Source: Bugula neritina (Eukaryota > Animalia > Bryozoa). Taken from it: 64,000 bases of DNA. The stretch is from assembly GCA_964035545.1 (NCBI GenBank), contig OZ037766.1, positions 16,420,722-16,484,721 of the forward strand. Direction: 5' to 3'. This document shows positions 21,601 through 32,816 of this stretch, piece by piece (the stretch's first letter is position 1; the number at the start of each line of letters is the position of its first letter). A program made the position numbers and the translations under genes. The notes below the pieces were generated by a model. That model was not told where the DNA came from, did no database searches, and was given only the letters and a program-made list of their open reading frames with translations.

Positions 21601-24600
21601 ATTCCAATTTTCACAGTTCACCGTTGAAGACACCAACAAGCTGCTGTGGTGGTGGCAGCACTCTGGCAAACAGCAAATGACACTGGCCAAAAATAATGTT
21701 GAGAAGTCAAAAGTTTTCAAGAATATGGCTGCTCACTTAGAAGAAAAGTATAACTCTAGAACTTATTCGATTACACGTCTACATATTCTTCAAAGATTAA
21801 CTCTGAAACTATAACTAATATGGTTTAAAATTTTAGATTTACTCCGACTGCAGTCAAAAACCGATTTAATTATATCAAAAGGAAGTACAAACAGTCCTTA
21901 ACTCACAACCAAAAGTCAGGCAATAGCCCAGTAAGAACATATTCCAATAATTTCCAAAAATACAATCTTTTATCAACTCAAATGAAGATTATTACATTTA
22001 CATATACCTCTAATTTTACCCTCTTTCCAGAGCAGTTTCCAATATGCTTCTCAGTGTGAAGAAGCTTTCTACAAAGACCGAGATGTAAATCCGATTGGGG
22101 TCATCGATTCTGAAGACGTAGAAACAAGGACACAAGAGAAAAGATCAAGACGTAGGCTCTCTAAGTACCAAGAGGAAAAGCTAAAAATAAAAAGAGAAGC
22201 TTTGCAATCAAAAATAAAATATAGAGAGCGCATTTCAAAAGCTTTAGAGCAGCTTGCACATAAACTTTAAACTTCAACTTATTACTACTTTCATAAAGTT
22301 CAACGCGTAATTATTTTTTTTATATTTATAGTTAATGTTGTACAGTTTAGTGTTTACAGTTTCAAGTTTGAGTTGAATTCGATATCATTATGATTGTGGT
22401 TATCGTATAAAATTATAAAAAAAATGTATTTAATTTCTATTATTAAACTAAGCGTAATAATACTGAGTATTATTACGCTTAGTTTTACTCTTAGTATTAC
22501 TATCACTATTACAAATTACAATTTTCAACTGTCACTCTTATATAAAATATAATATAAATATTATATTTAATATCAATATGAATATGACTATCAATATAAT
22601 TATAAAACTAAAATTCAATAACTAAAGGATTATGCTGCTGAATGTTAAATTGAAACTGGAACTAAGAGTGAAACTACTTATATCTGCAACTTTCATGTCA
22701 AACTCATTATTAAAATTAAAATTAGTTATAATACATGTAATTGTCATGCACAAATAGTAAAATTTCACGTTGTTGAAAAGTCCTGGAAAGAGATGAACTC
22801 ACTTAGTGTTAAACTTCCATCACGTGTTGTGAGAAATGCGTATACTTGCGTCAGTACTGCAGGGTGAAGGTTGTGTGAGATTTCAATACCGTACTCGATG
22901 GGTGTTACGGGTACCCCTACGCGATGCATTCGGTAGCCATCGCGTACCCCATCAAAAAATAAGCTCATCGAGGGGTACTCGACGGAGGAAAAGTGAGCAA
23001 ATTCATCGATGAGCCCAGTAGGCTACGCGTAGGGAATCCGAAAGCGCCCTTATACGCTTATATAGTGGCATCAACAGAAAGCCCAAACTATTATTTACAT
23101 CATAAACAGATTTTACTTACATGTATACTGCAACTGTAGGTTTAAATTCATAGATCAACATGGGTACAACCATATAGGCACAGCAACATCTTGTCCCAAC
23201 AAATGTAATAGCATCATAAATCAGTATGCTTATTTTTGATGCTTGAAAATATGGGCGTATAAACCGTCTAATCTACAGCATTAAAGAGAAATTTATAACA
23301 TATTATTTCGTAATTACTTCAGCCAATACTGTCTCTTCGTTGTTATAATTACTAAACTATATTCATACACTTTATCCACAATATACCAGATTACATAAAA
23401 CCAAAATGGCAACCAGTTGTCAATAATGCCATCTTGCACAACAAAGCTTTTGTATTTATGTTATATAATTAGACCAACAACTCCCATGTATATTACAAGA
23501 GACAACTACGTTGAAAGGCATCTTAAAAATAGAAGGCAAAGTTCAAAGATATAATAAAGCATTTAACTATATAGGGTGACTACATAAAATAACTAAAAAC
23601 ATGTTGAAAATCCTTCAAGAAACTGTGTCATGTTTCAACATCAAAACAGTAATGTGTAGTAATTTTAACATTAATTAGATTTTAGTAATATATTATTTTC
23701 AACTGTAGATTACTTTTTATCCTCAATACATGAGGCTTTGAAATACAGAGGTGAAAGTAGGAAAATGCATTATATTGGGACTTCTGCAAGAACTCAGTCT
23801 ACATTGTACTCACAGATCTGTTGGCCTCGATGAACAGAGCACCTGTGAAGAATGCCAGATAGTAACCAGGGTAGAAGCCATGCCAGAAAGCACTGACTGT
23901 AAAGACCGCTAGAGTGTTGAACTTATACGCCCTCTCATACACAGTTCTACGTAACCAGGCTAGTGTGCTGATATTCCAACTGTCCATACATATCTTCATA
24001 CTCGTACATGTCTGCATAATGATGTAACAGAACTTGATCAAGTTGATGTACCATAAATACTAATTCTTATCAGCCAATATAAAGCCACTATACAACATAG
24101 TGACAACCTTCTCCAGTTTGGTGAGTGGCATGATGACTATACTAGCTTGGACAATTGCAAATAACCACTTGTATTTAAAGTTAGTTACTAAACATGCTGT
24201 TGATCTGCAAAAATCTTTCACCAAACCAGCAGCCTACTTCTTGAAAATTTTCTAATTCAATTTTCTTTCCAATCACAATGAAAAATCGGTCAATGCGTCT
24301 TTAAGAAGGTAATCTTGAAATTCCTTAGGCATAAGCTTAACACCCAATGAAAACTGGGTGTTTGTAAATCTTCAAAATGCTAAAAACAATTAGGATCCCA
24401 ATGACTATCATGAGAGTTGAGCATATCACCTAATAGTAGCATTTCATTAGCAAAACCACGTTTTCTTTTCTATTAATTAAAAAATGAGTCATTCTAGTAT
24501 TTACAAGAGACCACTGTAAAGTATTCACCAACCTCTACTCCTAGTATGTTTGCATTCTTTATTATGCTCCAGTCCTCTGTACCATCTTCCAGAAGTCCAT

Positions 24601-27600
24601 TAAAACCTAACCCAGCTATTATATTGGTTAACTCGGCTAAAAACAACAGAAATCTGTTAGAACACTAATATTTACAACAAAAATTCATTTGTTGAAATAG
24701 TAAACTAAACTATTCAGTTGTGGAAGACCTTACAGTTTTTCACAACTGATAAAAACAAGCAAGTGAGAAAACAAAACTGCATTCTAATGTACTTCAAAAT
24801 GAATGTCACAGGTTCAACACCAAAAGTTAGCAATAGTTTTAAATTATAATAACTGAGGGAATTGAAAATAGAAACTTATAGTTGAATTTTAAACTGAAAT
24901 AAAAACCATAGAAGTAACGGAGAATAATATTCTTACCCAGACACCAGGCAAAGTAATACCTGGCTCTAACCAGTGTAATGGCAAATACCATGTACCCTAC
25001 TTTATACAGGAAACTGGCATTCAGATAGGACTCTCCTAAAACATATAAAACAAAGAACATGCAGTATAATAGAGCAACATACAACATATTCAATACATCA
25101 ATGAGGAGTTACTCACACGTGTCTAATATAAAACTGTATGAAAACTATCACTTGGTTGCTAGTAATTGAGACAATTTGGGAGTTATCAGCACGTTCAGCA
25201 TACAAACGAGTGCACAGTGGACACAAATTATAGCAACAGTGACATACCTCGAAAGTTTGGAGGGTATTGGGGGCTCAATATCAAAAAAATATACACACAC
25301 ACCCCACATATTACTGTGTTTTTCAGTGCTCTGGTCTACAAATACACATAGCAGTAATTTACTGTAACATTAAAATATCATAAAGCAGACATGTTCCCCA
25401 TGGCAGGATAATAGATGCAGAAATGTCATGAGAAAATATAACTTGCTTAGAATAACTTAAATGACACTCCCAAACAAAATACAAATGAAACATGAAACTA
25501 CAATATGCTTGTAAAACTACCTATTTACCAGTAACATGGTATGTACAAACATGTAATATAGCTTACAAGTTTAAATTAATCTTGAAAAGCATTTAATTTT
25601 AAAATTTAGACTGTTGAGGTATTAATAATGTCTACAAATAACAATAATACCTCAACATGCAGTATTGTTTCAGGTAGAGCAGACATAGCATCATTCAGCA
25701 TGCAGACACAGGAGTAACAACGTTTAATGTAAAACAGACTTCAATAATGAAGATATGCCAGGTTTTGTATGTGGGCAGTACATTTAGACACACCTAATAT
25801 GTTGATTATTGTAACAATAATACTATTGAAAAATGCTGGTCGAAGCTCTGATTAGTAACAAATGAAAAGAAATAGCAGTATAGCTTCCCATCACCAGCGA
25901 AGTAAGAACTAAGTACTACTTGGGTGAAAATAAGTAGATTTACTTACCACAAATTCTGGGGAGTCATACTCCCCTGTTTCCTATATTAACATTATAGACT
26001 GCACATTTTCGGCCAATCAAAAAACATTGTACTGCCGTAATATAATTAAAACTACATGTATATACTCAATTCAGTTCAATTCAAGTGGTAAAGAGCAGCA
26101 GATTAAAAGTTTGTCTAAAAATAACATCTTCTAGCTTTATGTCCATAGTTCAAAGACCTCAACAAACACAAACACACTGAATAAGGCATAATTGATTCAA
26201 AGGTCATATAACAAGGTTAAGTAATACTATTAAAAGGTCATGATTGTACTTGTATTTCATTAAAACCTATATTTTACTAAATGTATTCTTTATACTTCAC
26301 TATGCTAAATGCTGTTCATTTAGTGCTCAAACTTCTTAAAAATATCGTGGTTAAACATTTCTAGAAAAGTCAATGAAAAAAGCTATAATTTGTCAACTGA
26401 GACAGACTGCAACTTTAGTCACAGTTTGAAATCTTTAAAATAACACTTTCCCAAACTACACAGGATACATGCAACCTCCTAGTTACAGAGGAAGACAATA
26501 AAGTGCAAACACATACTTTATATTTAGCTTTTCCCAGTCCAATGTTCTTTCCAGTGATGAAGTCATAGTAATCTTTATAAAAGATACACGGTCCAATCAT
26601 TACGTTGTGAAATGACAGCACGTAACTCAGTAGTTCAATCAACGATGGATTTCTCCTGCAACCCAAAGTATAGTTTAAAACCCTACTACAGGTATGTTTA
26701 TGTATTAGCATATTTATAACCATTAACATGGGCCCTTTTAACCTTGAGTAAACTATGTTTGCAAAAACAGAGCAAATCCAATACATAAATACTGATAAGA
26801 ACATTGAATGGAATATTCTCTTAATATTTTTAAAGCAACAACTAGTAGGCATGTTCAGCTATCACTCAACTTGGAGAATAGTTAGGAATACATAAGGAGA
26901 TAGTAAGTTTAGCTGTGAATCTTACTTCAAAGCATATTTAAGTTGAGAGGGGTTAAGGTCCTCCTCTTTCTTTACCATACCATCGTGAAGAGAAAATGCC
27001 AAATCGCTAAGTTTCTGGGTAGTTATCATCAAAGGCCTGCAAAATGATAGCATATTCAATGAACTGATAGTAAATGGATTTATCTTATCTATAACTAATT
27101 TTAGATGCTCCAACTAGTAAATATGGTATTGCTGATGAGACTATAGGGTAAGGCATTAGGGTATAGCTAAATGACAAGACATTTACTTATTTCTTCTTCA
27201 GTAACTCGGTATACCAACAATTCATAGTAGAAAGTTTAAATCCATGCTATACAAATCTGCATTATATTTTATATTAATGATAAAAAGTAGGGTTCAAATG
27301 CTGAGAGAAAAATTGTTTGTAGTTGAGTATAAACTGTGTGGTGTCAGCTATCTAGCTATCCAGAAGTAAAGAATTCTCTAACAAACCCAAACATAAATGA
27401 GTCGCACAGGCTGTAATTGTAATTCTAAAAAACAAATCTTTAATAAAATTATAATAGAATATATTATAGATGATTGGATACATTGTAAAGCACTGAACAT
27501 AGAGTTTTCTATTACATTGTTGCAGTCACATTGTCACAGTTGTAAATTCTATCATCACACATAAACTTTGTACCATGAAAAAATGTTATCAAGACTTGCT

Positions 27601-29997
27601 ACCAAAATACTACACAAAAAGTAAATCATCCCCCCAATGCTGGTGACCCAGAGATGACCTCATTTGACAAGATAAAAGTTGGCAATTAAGAATTAGTACC
27701 ACTATAATACTAAATCACATAACCAGCTGCACAGGCAAAATAAAGATGACTAACCCAACATTGCAGAACTGTCACACAGAGTATTATATAACAGAGTAAC
27801 AGCTGCTGGCTGTATATAACATAATGTACCATATGAACACATCACCTCTCATCACTGAGAGAGTGAGAAGGGAAAGTTGCACAGCAATATACATACTGCT
27901 AGAGTTATATAACAACAGAACATGATTTACATAGTACATACCCAGTGATATCCAGTGTATAGCCACCATAGTCGTATACCATTCTATATATATGTAGAAC
28001 TGACAAGTAACCAAGGGAGATGATAAAACATACTACATGCACTTGGGAAGGTAGAATGTGCATAGCCGTGTAGCAGAGTATTGCTTGTAGGAACACATGG
28101 ATTGCCTGACTACAATATATAGCAGTCGTTACCTCAGTGAGAACTATACTGTCACAACTGCATTCCTTAAATATTAAATGCTAAAGAAGATGTGTAATAT
28201 ATTGAGTAACTCTGTATTTGGCCACATTATATTCTGTTTCGGCATGATAAATGTAAATAAATATATGAATATTTTGGTACCGCATAAAGATGATTAATAC
28301 TTAGTGTATTGCAGCACTGAAAATAACTTCAACGTATGAATTATAACAAAAATAGGTATATTATCTAATATAGAGTGTTCAATAACAGATAAGCATTGGA
28401 GCAAGATCAACTATAATGTTATTTTATTAAATGTATTGTTAAAAAGTTTTACTATTAATAGTTTCATATGCTTTTTGTATTGAGTGTAAAAAGATGTGAT
28501 AACGCATATTTAAAATGTGTTTTTATACTGTTGCAGTGTCAACATTGTACCAAACATCTTACTCCATAACTGTATAGCAACATCTAAACCTTACAGAATG
28601 CTGTGTATAATGCAGAAGCATAGAGTCATAATAATGTTATACATTCTAAATACTTCTACCATCGTCTATAACTATATGCCTAGTGGCATTGACACTTTGA
28701 TGTTGTGAACTTTAAAGCCAACTGTTAGGGTGATTTAGGATGGATAAAGTTCAATAAGTCTTATGATCAGTAGTTGTACTACACATAAGAATGCTAGCTT
28801 GACCAGGACTCAACAGTACATTGAACTTTATTCTAATTTCATAGTCAATACACAGTATACTAGTTTCAGAGTAGTATGCTATGTGCTATATTAGCATAAT
28901 GAATAACAAACAGAAGTTTATAATGTTGTAGCCTAATAAACCTACCTGCCGAAACAGAAGCTGAGAAGTATGAAGCCCATCATGATTTCAAATATATGCC
29001 TTACCATTGGAGAAACTTTTGCAGGATGTAATAATGATCGGAAAGGAATAGCTATGAGTATAGCTGCGAGTTGACAAGCTATAAAGTTTGTCTGAAATAA
29101 AGACAATAGTTTACGATCAACATACGGATGTCTGTCAAAACTGAGACAAAACATGCTAATAATCTAGAAAAATAGTAAATGACATTATAACCAGCCTTTT
29201 AATACAGCAGCTGGTTGATAGGTGGCCATAAGAGATCTAAAATTTACACAATAAAAATCATTATGCTTATTTTAATAATTTTGATTATCCATAAATAACA
29301 AATATATTAGATTAGCCCATTTATTTTTTCTAATAAAGTAAATTATAAAAAGTGGTAATAAAATATCTAAAATTTTATTTTCACATAACAAGCATTAGAT
29401 AGATATATGATAGGACTCCCAATAAAACTCGTGATACAGAAGGCTATCTATATTATTAGATATAACTATCATGAGAAATCTCATTTGGTGAATATTCTAA
29501 TTCAGTCGTTTACATAATATGCAGCATTAAATAGAGAAGAAGTGAAGGTTGCAAATTTTCTAATTTATAATTGATACAAAATTAGCAAAAAATCTGCTTA
29601 TATAGGGCACAGGTTTTTCATACTAAACATAGGTAGTGAGTAAACTATCTTATTTTTCAATAGAAAGCAAAACATTATATAAAAAAAGATGAAACTATAA
29701 TAAATTGCATAGACTTTTGATCTTCAAACAGTCCATATTCTTTATTCTTATTATAAAAATGCTACCAAATAACGTACAGCCAAATATGAGTAGTAGCTAT
29801 TGATATATAGATTTAAGTGAGCCCTATCAACTTTGCAGCCCTCGTAAGTTATGCTGTGCAGTACTTCAACTAAAGCAGATGAAATGACAGTTGAATTAGT
29901 TAGTACATACCTGATCTATAGAGAGCCCTAGTGCATCTCCAACAGGTTGTAGCAAACGGGATCCATAATAGAAGCCAGTACCAGCTTCTAGACTCAT
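18642..29997 (-). CDS. MBOAT1/MBOAT2-like lysophospholipid acyltransferase, about 470 aa; 12 coding exons (29997-29911, 29091-28946, 28109-27942, 27036-26926, 26655-26517, 25980-25948, 25335-25248, 25035-24937, 24636-24533, 24011-23814, 23272-23121, 18729-18642)
   Basis: Phase-consistent GT-AG joins give GSRLLQPVGDALGLSIDQTNFIACQL, DYGGYTLDITGPLMITTQK, RYYFAW, AGLGFNG, SWNISTLAWLRR and SAFWHGFYPGYY (catalytic His), ending ...HILALAAVVFLPKRPSSRDKAS*. Confidence 0.93.
19340..21125 (+). CDS. Harbinger (HARBI1-like) DDE transposase; exons 19340-19358 and 19505-19523 (leader, inferred), 19769 or 19721-19974, 20150-20273, 20378-21125
   Basis: EEFFTHFRM, HTH region (VALWYLG...FGLSMSTA), GAIDGTMI, HDSHIF, IIGDAAY, RMVIERSFGDLKNRW, CCCLHNIC; no stops after splicing; AATAAA at 21177-21182. 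An alternative in-frame ATG lies at 19695. Confidence 0.9.
21320..22270 (+). CDS. Harbinger Myb/SANT-like DNA-binding protein; exons 21320-21393, 21487-21524, 21617-21747, 21837-21930, 22031-22270 (probably preceded by leader exons 19340-19358 and 19505-19523; 204 aa in that model)
   Basis: Phase-consistent joins give FTVEDTNKLLWWW...KSKVFKNMAAHLEEKFTPTAVKNRFNYIKRKYKQSLTHNQKSGNSP, a trihelix Myb/SANT pattern, followed by a basic coiled-coil tail. This is the expected second Harbinger gene. Confidence 0.85.
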
Positions 29998-31629
29998 AGT
30001 TTATCCTCACTTGAAACTATTGCCTTATTTACTACCTCAGGAAGTTCTTCTATTTGTAGAGCCTAGAATGTTTGTTTTATTAGACAAATCCACAGACCTT
30101 GACTCACAAGCATTCTCTACTTCCCAATTAGAAAATTGGCAATTGTTCTTGGTGCTAGTTTGACATATAATTTCTGCCAATTGTGATAACATTTTTGATT
30201 AGAAATCACTTTTCATCCAATAATTAACCTTAGCTAATAGCCAACTTAACATAAATTGATAGAAAAATTCAAGCATATTAGTTTTGTTTTTTGGCTAATC
30301 TTTAGATATATAGATATTAAAGCTATCTCAGACCTATAGAGCTAATCTCCTTTTATTAAAAATTACCATTTTTTAATTCATAGCTAAGCCACTGAGTGAA
30401 TCAAAAAGACAAAGTTTGTAAAGTCAAAATATTTACTGAAAGTTTTTGTCAAAAATAATAAGCTAAAAATAACTTAAAACTAGGAAATGGGAAGCATAGC
30501 AATTTCTTACTTTAATAAACTAGCACATTTCCCATTATCAGTTGACAAATCTTAGTGATACTGTTTCAACCAGCCCTTGCTGCTTAATTTAGATTCCAGT
30601 AGCTGCAAGATAACATGTCCTTAATCAAGCACAGCCAACCATTTAAAAATGATCAACAAATGTGCTTTGGAATGAAACATTGTGACACACTGTGTCTGGA
30701 ATACACAGGCACAAATCAATCAACAATACATCACCACACACACAGCTAAAGGCTACACAAATTATTAATGGCTTACATCAAATTTAAGGTGCTAAAAATT
30801 ATAAATAAAATTCATTGAACACCGTTGAATAATTTATCTCAGCTATGCAGCTATAATTATATAACTATATAATGATAATAAAAATCCCTACAATGATTAG
30901 CACCTAAAAAACATAAACTATCAGCATCACTTCAAGTCTAAGTCTTGGTCTAAGTTTACGACTATCACTGTGATACTCATATCATAAGTCTATGACTATC
31001 ACTATGAATATGACTCAGCATTATTCAATATTTTATTATATTTTCGTCAAAATGACTCATTCTCCTTATGATTAAATGAGAACTTTGGCAGCACTTTCAA
31101 AACCTGTTGGTTCACAGGGACTCTAAATCTAAGAGCTTAAATTTAATATTAAATAGCACTAGCATGTCAAACTAAAATTTAAATAGTAAAACTTAAACAA
31201 GTACTAAAACTCCAAAACTTTAGAAGTAAATCACTAAGTAGTAAATGACTAATCTAATGTGAATCAGAATATCAACGATATTAATTTCAAATAATAATAT
31301 CAACATCATCATCATCATGATCAAGGAAATGGCGATGATCATGATGATGATGAATCATAAATGATCATAACAGTCAAGCTTAAAGTAAAACCTCAATCTG
31401 AATGTGTGTCACTGTAACTGTCTGGTGACTTTAAGTTTAGCCTTAGGCCTATTACAGTAATATTATTAGTAGTAGCATACTAATACCATTACTATTAGTA
31501 TTAATATTACTATTAGTCTAACAGACTACAACATTAAAATTAAATTTATTGATCAATGATTTATAATTTAATGATCAACAATATGAATATCATAATCATT
31601 ATCAATATTCATAACAGTGAAAAGTGTTT

Positions 31630-31870
31630 ACTGCTACTACTACTAGTAGTAGCAGTAGTACTACTACGTCTACTAGTACTACTAGTAATAGTAGTACAGT
31701 AGTAGTACTACTACTACTAGTACACGTGTGGCTGTATAGTAGTACTAGTACTTACTACTACTAGTAGTAGTACTACTAGTAGTAGTAAGTACTAGTACTA
31801 CTAGTACTACTATAGTAATAGTACTACTACTAGTACTACTACTAGAACTACTACTAGTACTAGTAGTGTT
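31630..31870. repeat. (TAG/TAC)-rich low-complexity tract containing a 67-bp palindrome (31737-31803)
   Basis: Interleaved TAG and CTA triplets; 33-bp arms around a single G at 31770. Confidence 0.9.
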
Positions 31871-32816
31871 ACATTTAGATTCACTTTGACTTTTAGTTTT
31901 ACCATTGATAGTTGACTTTGAGTATTACTAATAATAATAATAATATATTAATAGAAATAAAAATAGTATTATAATTATTACTACTGCTACTACCAGTAGT
32001 GATCGAATGCCAATATGAGTATTGCTCTGAATGTGTGTGACTATTACTGCGGTTGTTTTACTGTTTGACTTTGTGCTTGAGCTTTTACTTTCTGCTAGAG
32101 CAGTGCCATTGAACTAGAACCAAGTTACATTTCGGTAAGCACCGCGGGTTAATGCTAAGGCTACCGTGTGTTAATTTGACTCCTTGATCTAGATGCTAAG
32201 GTTAACAGCATGTGGATTATGGTTCGATTTGTGATTTTGATACGCAACTCCAAATAATATTATACTGTAAGTAAATTAATACCGATCTAAAACTATAATA
32301 ATATAATTTAATAATAAGCAAAGGACTATCGCGCGCGTATTTTAGTTAGGATCACTAGATGCAGTACAAAGTTTGGGGTCATCTAGTGCAAAATACACAT
32401 CATTGTCCAAACTAGATTAGTAGTCATGTTTGTAGTAATAGTAAATTACTATGTAAAAGTATCTTTAATTTTAAATTCACCTCTAAATTGCTAATAGTAA
32501 TACTAACACTAATAGTAATTATAATATTATTTATTAGTGTTACAAATTCTGTATTTAGTTTCACTTTTAGTTTATACTTTATTATAAAGTATAAACTAAA
32601 AGTAAAAGTTTACACGTGGTATCATGGCGATCCGACGCTAAATTTTTATGGTTTGAGTTCTTTACCAAATTGGGTTCAAAATTATACATAATTAGGGATA
32701 GCCTCTAGTTTAAAAATATTTTTCAAGCATTTATAGGTACCAGGGTATTTACGAAATTATTTAAATAATTCAATTAATTTATACAATTTATTTTACACTG
32801 CCACCACCGTACCAAG

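Larger units (their letters stand above)
18946..23049 (+). mobile_element. Full-length PIF/Harbinger DNA transposon (4104 bp) in the last MBOAT intron, antisense to the host gene
   Basis: Perfect 27-bp TIRs GGGCGCTTTCGGATTCCCTACGCGTAG (18946-18972, 23023-23049), TTA target-site duplication (18943-18945, 23050-23052), transposase and Myb/SANT genes inside. Confidence 0.97.
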
